DNA of 37,473 nucleotides from a virus. Below the pieces are notes generated by a model, which was not told where the DNA came from, did not search any database, and saw nothing but the letters and a program-made list of their open reading frames with translations. Each line of letters opens with the position of its first letter. The stretch's first letter is position 1. The stretch lies in IMG/VR virus record IMGVR_UViG_3300028549_000928, positions 1 through 37,473 of that record; one strand, given 5' to 3'. The translations under genes and the position numbers were made by a program. This document shows, one piece after another, positions 1 to 7,621 of the stretch.

Positions 1-255
1 AAAAGTACAAAAACGTTTGAGTTTTTCAAGCGTACAGTTGCACAAATGATTAATTTAAGAGCGTGTAAGTTACTGATAAGTAGAAAAAGTAAAGGAGAAA
101 CAAATGATATTGAATTGGGAAGTTGCGGAAAGCACTGAAAGACCTCTTGAGGTTGATAATATGCTCTCCCCTAGTGGGGTATATCTGAGAAAAGATGTAC
201 AGGAAGTCGAAGGAAAATTTCAATATAAAGAAGTTTTTCTAGGGCAAGAATACAA
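1..255. repeat. Terminal overlap: 1-255 is identical to 37219-37473 (circular assembly closure or terminal redundancy). Bases 1-138 repeat the 3' end of the RT gene.
   Basis: Direct reading: both copies run from aaaagtacaaaaacgtttgag to agggcaagaatacaa. Unit length is 37218 bp. Confidence 0.95.
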
Positions 256-622
256 AGGCAAGAGTATTTTTGAATTGCTTGAAGTTTTTAAGGCTGAGAT
301 GCAAAATGAAAACGCAACGGCACTTGCTAATAAGCAAACTATTGTTACAAGTACCGGAGAATTTTCAATCAAAACCCCAACGTATGATTTCATTTTCTGT
401 TTGATGGCTTTAAAAGATATGCCAACAGGTATTCCTGCAGGGATGATTCGTTTCTACGGCGGTGAGGCTACACCGGCAATGACACAAGCACAAGTGCAAT
501 CATTGTATCTTGAGTATGCCGGCAAGGTTGCAGAACTTGATAGAAAATTTATCACCTATAATTTTGCGATAAATAACGCAGAAACTATTCAAGAATTGGA
601 AGAGATTAAAATAGTTTATTAA
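104..622 (+). CDS. Hypothetical acidic protein, possibly tail-fibre-associated (DUF4376/XkdW-like C-terminal half)
   Basis: 172-aa ORF with AAGGAG RBS at 92-97. The start overlaps the RT stop by 35 nt across the circular junction. Family assignment is from memory of the domain pattern only. Confidence 0.6.
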   Translation: MILNWEVAESTERPLEVDNMLSPSGVYLRKDVQEVEGKFQYKEVFLGQEYKGKSIFELLEVFKAEMQNENATALANKQTIVTSTGEFSIKTPTYDFIFCLMALKDMPTGIPAGMIRFYGGEATPAMTQAQVQSLYLEYAGKVAELDRKFITYNFAINNAETIQELEEIKIVY

Positions 623-731
623 TAATTTTTGGTTGGGTGGTTGGGTATGTTGCAGAGCGTATACAGTTCTGCAGCAATTTGGGCAGGGCATTTTTTAAAT
701 GCAAGAGTATTACATAATAAAGGAGATTTGT

Positions 732-1058
732 ATGGGAATTGGGGATAAATTAAAAAAGAAAGCAAAAGAAGATGTTAAGAATATCCATGACAAAAGAGAG
801 GCTTTTGAGAATAGGGCAGCTGATAAAATGGATGAGATTGGCAAGAACGAGACTTACATAAAGCTTAAAAACAAGGGGGCTGATGAACTCGTTGAAAAAG
901 GTATTGAATTAGGTATTGCAATTGCTGAATCACAATCAGGGAACGATATTCCAATTAGTCAAGAAACCATTGATAAAATCGCCGATAAGGGCGGTGATGG
1001 GCTTGTTAAAATTTGGGATACGGTTATTGGCTGGTTCAAAAAGCAGCTGAGAAAATAG
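732..1058 (+). CDS. Hypothetical helical protein (108 aa)
   Basis: Track ORF is 699-1058. The internal ATG at 732 is preceded by AAGGAG (719-724), so 732 is the preferred start. Confidence 0.55.
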   Translation: MGIGDKLKKKAKEDVKNIHDKREAFENRAADKMDEIGKNETYIKLKNKGADELVEKGIELGIAIAESQSGNDIPISQETIDKIADKGGDGLVKIWDTVIGWFKKQLRK

Positions 1059-1067
1059 GGGTGTGGA

Positions 1068-1520
1068 ATGATTACATGGTACAAATCGAAGGATTTAAAA
1101 ATCCTTTTTGATAAAACTCCTGACCCTGACATTAGATTTGCAGAACCTAATATGTCTGATGAACAGATACAGGACATAGACGATAAACCTTTTATTCTTA
1201 AAAACACAATTTTTTGTAGGATTCATTATAAAGGTCGGACTTATGGATTTACTATTTGTGTAGGGTTTACATGGGATGGTGCAACAATTCCGCCTCTGTT
1301 TTGGGCTATGATTGGCTCAAAAACAGATAATCGTTTTTTGATTGCAAGTATGATTCACGACGTTCTTTGCAAGAATCACGATTATGTTGGCAACAATAGG
1401 TATTTAAGCACTACTGTATTTGTGGCCTTGCTCGAAGTTGCAAGGGTGAATCCGGCAAGTAGATTCTTGATGTTCCACTCCGTAGATAATTATCAGAAGT
1501 TTTGTGGAGGGTGGAATTAA
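1068..1520 (+). CDS. DUF1353-family phage protein
   Basis: Motif GFTWDGATIPPLFW...ASMIHDVLC matches the DUF1353 signature (xDGaSiP ... HDxLy). Sits directly upstream of the lysis genes. Confidence 0.75.
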   Translation: MITWYKSKDLKILFDKTPDPDIRFAEPNMSDEQIQDIDDKPFILKNTIFCRIHYKGRTYGFTICVGFTWDGATIPPLFWAMIGSKTDNRFLIASMIHDVLCKNHDYVGNNRYLSTTVFVALLEVARVNPASRFLMFHSVDNYQKFCGGWN

Positions 1521-1765
1521 TGGATATAGCGGTAATTATTGCAGTCGCAAGTTTTGCAATAACTCTAATAATACAAGTTTTTTCTGCCGGCATTTTTATT
1601 GGTGGACTGATTTTTAGTATCAAATTTATTGAAAAACAAATCAAAAGACTAGAGGAAAAACAGGATAAACATAATTGTTTAATTGAAAGAATGGCTGTTG
1701 TCGAACAGTCTACAAAATCGGCTCATCATAGGCTTGATACGGCCGAGGAAAGAGGTACTATATGA
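1520..1765 (+). CDS. Holin-like membrane protein (81 aa)
   Basis: ATG at 1520 follows GGAGG and overlaps the upstream stop (TAATG). About 33 N-terminal hydrophobic residues (IAVIIAVASFAITLIIQVFSAGIFIGGLIFSI) are followed by a charged coiled tail. Its stop overlaps the amidase start (ATGA). Confidence 0.55.
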   Translation: MDIAVIIAVASFAITLIIQVFSAGIFIGGLIFSIKFIEKQIKRLEEKQDKHNCLIERMAVVEQSTKSAHHRLDTAEERGTI

Positions 1766-2253
1766 AAAGAATAATTCTTCATTGGACTGCTGGCGGTGGA
1801 GTTCCAACAACTTACGAAAAAGAGCGTTACCATTATTTAATAGATAGTTTAGGTAAAGTTCATCTTGGTAAATTCAAGCCAGAGGATAATGAAAATTGCA
1901 AAGATGGTATGTATGCTCATCATTGCGGAGGCGGAAACACGGGAGCAATCGGGGTATCAATGTGTGCAATGGCTAATTTTAAAAGCAAACTTGACCAAGG
2001 TGGATTTCCAATCACGAAAATTCAATTTGAATCCTGTATGAAACTTTGTGCAGAACTTGCAAAAAAATACAAAATTGCAATCACTCCGGATTCAATAATG
2101 ACACATTATGAATTTGGAGAAAAACACCCTGACACAACAAGTCACGGAAAAATTGATATTGTATTTCTTCCACCTTTTCCAAGTATCACAAAAGATGCTA
2201 TCGGAAACTTTATAAGAAGTAAAATTCGTTGGTACGAAAAACAAACTGCTTGA
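1762..2253 (+). CDS. N-acetylmuramoyl-L-alanine amidase endolysin (PGRP/Amidase_2, T7-lysozyme-like)
   Basis: IILHWTAGG, YHYLID, HHCGGGNTGAIGVS and MTHYEF motifs are typical of Amidase_2. Position after the holin-like gene fits. Confidence 0.85.
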   Translation: MKRIILHWTAGGGVPTTYEKERYHYLIDSLGKVHLGKFKPEDNENCKDGMYAHHCGGGNTGAIGVSMCAMANFKSKLDQGGFPITKIQFESCMKLCAELAKKYKIAITPDSIMTHYEFGEKHPDTTSHGKIDIVFLPPFPSITKDAIGNFIRSKIRWYEKQTA

Positions 2254-2273
2254 GTTGCTATTTGCTAGTGTAG

Positions 2274-2300
2274 ACGGTCAAAATTTTGGCCGTTTTTTTT
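2274..2300 (+). terminator. Hairpin plus T-run between the convergent amidase and integrase genes (also an attP-core candidate)
   Basis: acggtcaaaa/ttttggccgt forms a 10-bp stem with one G-T pair and no loop spacer, followed by tttttttt. It abuts the integrase stop codon at 2299-2301. Confidence 0.55.
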
Positions 2301-3888
2301 ATGCAATTTTTTTAAATCTTTCCAGTAAAAAGAATGTTTTATTATATTCTTTCATTGTTATGAATCTTAAAATATTCGCTGCGAAAAGTTCGACAGTAGC
2401 CTCACTAGTCCCGCCATTTTTCAAATTAGGACAATTCAATAGATTATCAAAGACCGAATGTAGCTCTACGCTTAACTTTCGGTCTTTGTATATTAAGTTC
2501 GATACAACGATATTTGTAATAAATCTTTTGTCCTCAGCGTTTCCCCCAATAAAGGCATTATGAGCGTCTTTGCAGAACTTTAATAAAAGTTCGCTCGAAC
2601 TATAAAATTTACTATCAAATTCATTCATTTTTTTTAGTTGATTATAAAGTTCATCTTTTTGGGCATGCCATGCTCGATTCTGAGCCATCCAAAAATCTTC
2701 GGGTATCTTTCCATCTACCTTGTCTATGTAAGCTTGTCCAATCCGTTTCTGAATGGTCTCAATTTGTTTGTTTATTGTTTCAGTTGTATCAAGATTATAA
2801 TCATTCTTTTTTGAGTGAATTTCTCTAATCGCATCAAGAACATCTAAAACAAATTCTTCATTAAAAGAATCCGTTAATATTTTTAATATTTCTGCAATGG
2901 ATTTATCAATTGTATTTTGATTTACGTAAGATTCTTTTTTGCAGCCCTTTTTGTAATAATCATTGCAGCGATAATAAACATATTTTTTCTTTTTTAGTTC
3001 CGCAGTCAATTTACCACCGCACACACCGCAAGTTATGGAGTTTGAATAAGGGAACTCGACACTATGAGACCTTGCCCTTGTTTGAGTGCCTAAACGCTCT
3101 TGTATGAGGTCAAATGTATCATTATCAATTAAGCGTGGGTGTTGAGCCTTTTCACAAATATATCCTCGGTACTCAAACTTGCCAAGATAAAAGATATTTT
3201 TAAACATTCTCTCAATAGTCGCTTTTGAAAATTTATTTCCTCTTGGGGTTCTAAAACCTTCTTTGAATAAAATACTATTTATTCTTAAAGCTGAATAATC
3301 ACCGGTCGCGTAAAGTTCAAAAGCTTTCTTTACAAAGGGCGAACGCTCTTCATCTTCAACAATGATATGTTTTCCATAATTATCAATAATATTTTTATAT
3401 CCAACCGGTGCTTTACTTGGATAAATACCTTCAAGTGCCTTTTCGTCTTGGCCTTTAATGACTTCCTCTGACAAATTATCTACATAGTTTTTAGCCATCA
3501 AAACTTTTATACCGTGCATAAATTTTTCGTGACTTGAGGATTTATCTGAAATGATTGTATTTTCTTTTATTAGATGAACCTCTAAGCCCTCGAATTCATC
3601 AAGGGTCACATAATCAGTCAAGTTTCTATAAATACGGTCGGTTTTTTCAGCAAGAATAATTCTAATATCGGGATTCTTTTTTAAATATTTAACCATTTCA
3701 TTAAATTGTTTACGTCCGGCTTTTTTTGCCGTCTCGGCCTCGAAAAATTCAGCAACAATTACTAAATTGTTGCTTACCGAATAATTATTATTTAACTTTT
3801 TTTGAGCAGGGATTGAGTAACCGCTTTCTTGCCTTGTTGAAGATACTCTTCCATAAGATACTGCTTTGAGTTGTAATGAATTTGCCAT
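2299..3888 (-). CDS. int: Large serine recombinase (phage integrase)
   Basis: N-terminal resolvase catalytic motif YGRVSSTRQ, 529-aa length, recombinase domain and zinc-ribbon CGVCGG...YYRC. This is typical large serine integrase architecture. Confidence 0.92.
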   Translation of the reverse strand: MANSLQLKAVSYGRVSSTRQESGYSIPAQKKLNNNYSVSNNLVIVAEFFEAETAKKAGRKQFNEMVKYLKKNPDIRIILAEKTDRIYRNLTDYVTLDEFEGLEVHLIKENTIISDKSSSHEKFMHGIKVLMAKNYVDNLSEEVIKGQDEKALEGIYPSKAPVGYKNIIDNYGKHIIVEDEERSPFVKKAFELYATGDYSALRINSILFKEGFRTPRGNKFSKATIERMFKNIFYLGKFEYRGYICEKAQHPRLIDNDTFDLIQERLGTQTRARSHSVEFPYSNSITCGVCGGKLTAELKKKKYVYYRCNDYYKKGCKKESYVNQNTIDKSIAEILKILTDSFNEEFVLDVLDAIREIHSKKNDYNLDTTETINKQIETIQKRIGQAYIDKVDGKIPEDFWMAQNRAWHAQKDELYNQLKKMNEFDSKFYSSSELLLKFCKDAHNAFIGGNAEDKRFITNIVVSNLIYKDRKLSVELHSVFDNLLNCPNLKNGGTSEATVELFAANILRFITMKEYNKTFFLLERFKKIA

Positions 3889-3926
3889 ACTAAAATATTA
3901 AATCAAAAATTGGCATAATAGTACAG

Positions 3927-4079
3927 TCATAAAGTTTTGTAAATTCGTTGCTCTTTGTTAAAGTTCATTTCCATTAACTTATAGACGAATGCAGCAACTC
4001 TTTTTGAATCCTCTTTTGGTGAGGATTTTTTTGTTGGTCTAATTATTTCTACTGTTATTTTATCTACTTTAAAATTCAC
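3927..4079 (-). CDS. Small hypothetical protein (50 aa, GTG start); RDF/excisionase role is speculative
   Basis: Hand-translated ORF below the track cut-off: VNFKVDKITVEIIRPTKK...KEQRIYKTL. AGGAAG lies 9 nt upstream. It contains the 4007-4035 hairpin, so it may not be coding. Confidence 0.3.
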   Translation of the reverse strand: MNFKVDKITVEIIRPTKKSSPKEDSKRVAAFVYKLMEMNFNKEQRIYKTL

Positions 4080-4083
4080 TATT

Positions 4084-4227
4084 TTATACTTCCTGATATT
4101 GGCTCGTTGCGAAAGATTCTAAATCTATTTTGTCTTCCTTCAAGAACTCAGCAAGTTCAATTATTGAATTCTTAAAACAATCTTTATTATTGGTTTGTAT
4201 CTCAAATTTATAAGTTTTATTCACCAT
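4084..4227 (-). CDS. Small hypothetical protein (47 aa)
   Basis: Hand-translated: MVNKTYKFEIQTNNKDCFKNSIIELAEFLKEDKIDLESFATSQYQEV. Its ATG overlaps the upstream stop (ATGGTGAATAA), suggesting translational coupling. Confidence 0.4.
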   Translation of the reverse strand: MVNKTYKFEIQTNNKDCFKNSIIELAEFLKEDKIDLESFATSQYQEV

Positions 4228-4408
4228 CTACCGCCTTTAACTCCTTAAATCCGGTGATTATATTGCAGCAATCAGCCCAATGTTGCTTTTCGCCTGTTTT
4301 TACATTTTGAAAACTTAAAGTTGGGTGTGGGCAATAAGAAATACATTGAAAGATTTCTCCATTATTTATAAAATATTTTCCGCAACTGCTTTGGTCATAT
4401 TTAGTCAT
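4217..4408 (-). CDS. Small Cys-rich hypothetical protein (63 aa)
   Basis: Track ORF, 8-nt overlap with the upstream gene. Six Cys/His-rich positions (SSCG, QCISYCPHP, ADCCN). Confidence 0.55.
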   Translation of the reverse strand: MTKYDQSSCGKYFINNGEIFQCISYCPHPTLSFQNVKTGEKQHWADCCNIITGFKELKAVDGE

Positions 4409-4781
4409 TTGTCTTCTCCAATAAATAATTCTTGTTTTTTAACATTTGCTCTACGTGGTACTTCTGAGACTTATTAACCGATTCTAATTCTTCCATGGTG
4501 TGGGGCCTTGATGTCTTTCTAAGACGTGATTCACAATTTCGGCACATATAATATTCACCCAAAATTGAATCATTGGCAGCTATAAAGTATTCACATTCGG
4601 AATCAAAACAATTTAAAACTTCTATTACTGGCAATATCTTAAAAGGTTTGGTTTCTTCATCGGATTTATCTGATTCTTCCATCTTATTATTAAGCCATTC
4701 CTGCAACACTCCGACAATGGAGAGCAGGAAGAGAAAAAGAAATACTAATCCAAATACTAAAATTGATAAAATAGTTTTCAC
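4401..4781 (-). CDS. Membrane-anchored protein with a zinc-ribbon-like CxxC pair
   Basis: N-terminal TM segment ILSILVFGLVFLFLFLLSIVGVL, then CFDSEC ... CRNC. 4-nt overlap with the upstream gene. Confidence 0.6.
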   Translation of the reverse strand: MKTILSILVFGLVFLFLFLLSIVGVLQEWLNNKMEESDKSDEETKPFKILPVIEVLNCFDSECEYFIAANDSILGEYYMCRNCESRLRKTSRPHTMEELESVNKSQKYHVEQMLKNKNYLLEKTND

Positions 4782-5197
4782 GGCTGCACCTCAGATTCTT
4801 CCTTATAATCTTCAATTGCTTGTTCAACAACATCATTTAGATGCTCTTCAAAGCACGTTATAATTGTGTTTGCGTAGTACATTGTTTTAGATAATTTATC
4901 GCCGGTGACGGCCATATAAATACGAGGGAGTTGCTCAAGAATAAATGAAAAATCTGAAAGTTCTTTCATAACTTGCTCTTTGTTCAAAGTTCCATCTTTA
5001 TTTTCAACAATATTTTGCCAAAATTCTTTGTATTCAGATTTGTAATCATCATTTCTTGCCAATCGGAGACTGCGTTCATCTCTATTGTTTTTGTCTGCAA
5101 AAATCAAATCTGATTGCAGTTCTTTGTTTTGTTGCTGCAAGCCGTCATTGTGGGCTTGCAGTTGATTTATTTCATTGATACTCATTGCCTTTTGCAT
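4778..5197 (-). CDS. Hypothetical early protein (139 aa)
   Basis: Track ORF with AAGGAGG RBS upstream of the ATG at 5197. Confidence 0.65.
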   Translation of the reverse strand: MQKAMSINEINQLQAHNDGLQQQNKELQSDLIFADKNNRDERSLRLARNDDYKSEYKEFWQNIVENKDGTLNKEQVMKELSDFSFILEQLPRIYMAVTGDKLSKTMYYANTIITCFEEHLNDVVEQAIEDYKEESEVQP

Positions 5198-5213
5198 AAT
5201 TCCCTCCTTAATT

Positions 5214-5453
5214 CTAGCCGTTTACCGCCGTAGCCAAGCAATCTTTGCAGATATAGTCTCCGGATTTTTTGACTTTTTTAACTTTAATTTCTTTACCCTT
5301 TTTATTTTTTTTGGTCTTGGTCTCAGTAGTTTTGATAGCCATTAATGGCGAACGACTACGAAGATAACCATATCCACAATGTAAGCATTTAACCGTGCCG
5401 ACATTCACAGTTGGGGTTCTTAATTCAGGTTGTTTGTTTTCAGTTTCTTGCAT
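5214..5453 (-). CDS. Small basic zinc-ribbon protein (79 aa)
   Basis: Track ORF is 5214-5495. The internal ATG at 5453 is preferred because of the AAGGAGAAAAAG leader. CLHCG ... CKDC pairs and a Lys-rich linker. Confidence 0.55.
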   Translation of the reverse strand: MQETENKQPELRTPTVNVGTVKCLHCGYGYLRSRSPLMAIKTTETKTKKNKKGKEIKVKKVKKSGDYICKDCLATAVNG

Positions 5454-5617
5454 CTTTTTCTCCTTTTTTATGTAAACTCTTAATGATGGGGGCATTCACT
5501 CGTATACGGTGTAGTCTAAAATTTACGTCAATTATATTTTGCTATGCACTTCCGCTTTATAATTAGCTATGCAAAAAATATAATGCTAAATTAGGCCGTT
5601 GCCCCCACGATAAAAGC

Positions 5618-6400
5618 TTAGATAGCTAAAATCATTTTTGCCAAAGATTTTGGTTTAATTGTTTCCGCACCATACAAATATAAGCCTCTAACCAAATCAG
5701 AGAAACTATCTTTGTCTCTCAGGCTTTCAATTTTTGAAAGTTGAGAGGCAAATGTAATTGCCTCATTTTGCCCTGCAAGCACATAATATTTTCCGGCATC
5801 TTCAATTAGATTTGTGCTGACTAAAACGTCCATACCGGCAACACGGCCAATCGCACCGTCTCTCAACTCTTCATCTGCTACATTATAAGAACTAATGAAC
5901 TCAGGACTTTGTAGCAAATATGATTCAATAGTTGGATTAATTACAACCCAAGGCCTTTGAGTATTTTCGGAATCAATAGCCTTTAACTTTAAAGCAAGTT
6001 TTACAAAATTCTCATAAATAGTATTTTTCTCTAAAGTAATAGGTTTTTCTATTGTGCCTACAATATTATTTGAATCTGCAAAATTATGCTGATTTAAAAG
6101 ATATTCGTCTTGGACTTGCTCAATAGCTTTTTTTGCATTTTGCAAATGGGCTTCCATAATCGCATCATTAGATTGTGCTTGTGCAATATCATTTATCTTA
6201 AATGCAAAGATTTTTTTTTGGTCTATAACTAAATCAGAATCCTCCAATAATGTTTTTACAGAATCGCCTTGATATTTTATTCCTCCCTCATAATTCTGAT
6301 TTACGCATTTACGCATTGTTCCATTTTGCAACATACTTTCAAGTTTTTGCCCCCAAATATCAGGCTGAAATGCGTTGTAATTGTTTTCAGTTTCTTCCAT
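5618..6400 (-). CDS. Compact HK97-fold / P22-coat-like capsid-like protein (260 aa) encoded in the early leftward operon
   Basis: Pattern match by eye to the P22-coat family: FQPDIWGQKLESML...VNQNYEGGIKYQGDSVKT at the N-terminus, INDIAQAQSN, RPWVVINPT, GAIGRVAGMDVLVSTN, AGQNEAITFASQ and VRGLYLYGAETIKPKSL at the C-terminus. That it is a CDS is secure; the fold assignment needs HMM or structure confirmation. Confidence 0.6.
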   Translation of the reverse strand: MEETENNYNAFQPDIWGQKLESMLQNGTMRKCVNQNYEGGIKYQGDSVKTLLEDSDLVIDQKKIFAFKINDIAQAQSNDAIMEAHLQNAKKAIEQVQDEYLLNQHNFADSNNIVGTIEKPITLEKNTIYENFVKLALKLKAIDSENTQRPWVVINPTIESYLLQSPEFISSYNVADEELRDGAIGRVAGMDVLVSTNLIEDAGKYYVLAGQNEAITFASQLSKIESLRDKDSFSDLVRGLYLYGAETIKPKSLAKMILAI

Positions 6401-6432
6401 CTTTTTCTCCTTTTGTTTTGTAATAAATGGCG

Positions 6433-6461
6433 GTTTTAGGGCTACTCCGCCAAGTAGTCAA
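6433..6461 (-). promoter_or_regulatory. Candidate sigma70-type promoter upstream of the capsid-like gene
   Basis: Minus strand reads TTGACT (6456-6461), a 17-nt spacer, then TAAAAC (6433-6438), about 33 nt upstream of the ATG at 6400 in an 82-bp intergenic gap. Confidence 0.3.
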
Positions 6462-6482
6462 TAAACATGTAAACACGCACCC

Positions 6483-7106
6483 CTATTTTTCTTCATTTCC
6501 TGATTCGTCTTGCTCTTCGGATTCTTCGGGCATAATTTTTTCCAAAATTGCTTGAAGTCTATCATCTTCAAAAAGATTTCCTAAATATGCAGTTTCCTTT
6601 AAGGCCTCTTTGTTTTTTGGATAATTTAATAACAATTCTGTATTGCTTGCGGAATGAAAAATTGCAAATTTTTCTGGGTCGTCTTGAGATTCACAAACTA
6701 ATAAATAATTTTTATCACGTGTTTCAAATAAATCTCCTGTGCATAATTCCCTGCCCTCGAATTCTGCTCCGGTAAGCCTTTTATTTGTGCCGGATTCTTC
6801 CTCGAAAAGGCTCAACTGGCATCTTGTTAATTCAATTTTTAATTGAGCAATCCTTGTTTCAATTGCCTCAATCCTATCTTGTTGCGATTGCAAGTAATCT
6901 TGAAAAGATGCTATTGCTTTTAAATCCTTAATTTTATCAACCGAATTTTTGTAGCTTTTTGATTTTACACTTGCACAACAATTTTCCGTTAATTCATTTA
7001 CCGCAAGTTCTAATCCTTCGTGTTCTGCAATTTCTGCAATCTTTACTCGTAGTGGTAGTTCAGCTTGTAAACGATTTATTTCGTTTACGATGTCCTGTTT
7101 GTTCAT
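6483..7106 (-). CDS. Coiled-coil protein with an acidic C-terminus (207 aa), function unknown
   Basis: Track ORF with GGAAGGAG RBS, heptad-like central region and an EESEEQDESGNEEK tail. Confidence 0.7.
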   Translation of the reverse strand: MNKQDIVNEINRLQAELPLRVKIAEIAEHEGLELAVNELTENCCASVKSKSYKNSVDKIKDLKAIASFQDYLQSQQDRIEAIETRIAQLKIELTRCQLSLFEEESGTNKRLTGAEFEGRELCTGDLFETRDKNYLLVCESQDDPEKFAIFHSASNTELLLNYPKNKEALKETAYLGNLFEDDRLQAILEKIMPEESEEQDESGNEEK

Positions 7107-7350
7107 TTTTTTCTCCTTCCGTTTTTTGTAATTCTATTGGTCTAAATATTTCAAATATTTCTTCTGATTCTGATTTAATTATGTATTTATAGGTATTATT
7201 GGATTCTTTGAATAATCCGTTAGATTGCCAACTGCAGAGGAGGCAACAAAAAGGACTTGCAACCATATTTCCACACCTAGAGCAGATATAAATCTTGCTT
7301 GGATATTTTTTGTTAAATTCTCGTCTTGTTTCAAAAATTTCAACATTCAA
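7060..7350 (-). CDS. Small zinc-ribbon-like protein (TTG start)
   Basis: Track ORF with CSRCG ... CCLLC. The 47-nt overlap with the next gene lowers confidence in the exact ends. Confidence 0.45.
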   Translation of the reverse strand: MNVEIFETRREFNKKYPSKIYICSRCGNMVASPFCCLLCSWQSNGLFKESNNTYKYIIKSESEEIFEIFRPIELQKTEGEKNEQTGHRKRNKSFTS

Positions 7351-7480
7351 TCTTTTTTCCTTCTTTAATTTTTTCTGATAAATTAATTACTTTGTTGTTT
7401 TCTTTTTGTTCTTTAGTCCTACCCTTGTAGCCCTCAGCCCAATATAAGCAAGTAATTTGTTTTGGTATTCTTTCCACGAA

Positions 7481-7621
7481 TTAATCCTTTGATTTAAAAC
7501 TTGAACAAATTTTGCGTTCGGTATTTTTATAATGTTGGTCTGAAAAATAACAGTACAAATATTCGCCTTTTTCGTCACAAGCAAGAACACCGTAAGCACA
7601 CATATAACATTTATTTTCCAT
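7481..7621 (-). CDS. Small Cys-rich protein (46 aa)
   Basis: Hand-translated: MENKCYMCAYGVLACDEKGEYLYCYFSDQHYKNTERKICSSFKSKD. GGAAGG lies 8 nt upstream and the start overlaps the upstream stop (ATGGAAAATAA). It competes with track ORF 7387-7599. Confidence 0.35.
   Translation of the reverse strand: MENKCYMCAYGVLACDEKGEYLYCYFSDQHYKNTERKICSSFKSKD

Noticed and set aside
104-622. ORF overlapping the RT stop as the DGR accessory protein (Avd)
   Set aside because: It is acidic, 172 aa long and lacks the Avd motif pattern. Its C-terminal half looks like a DUF4376/tail-fibre-associated domain. It is retained only as a candidate to test.
500-1207. Minus-strand ORFs 500-691 and 959-1207
   Set aside because: They are antisense to the + strand late genes in a region where every supported gene is on the + strand, and they have no RBS.
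2255-2563. 102-aa plus-strand ORF
   Set aside because: It lies entirely antisense to the integrase 3' end, begins within the terminator hairpin and has low-complexity content.
7387-7599. 70-aa minus-strand track ORF
   Set aside because: It has no RBS and overlaps a better-supported 46-aa Cys-rich ORF (7481-7621) that has an RBS and a stop/start overlap. The coding frame in 7387-7480 remains unresolved.
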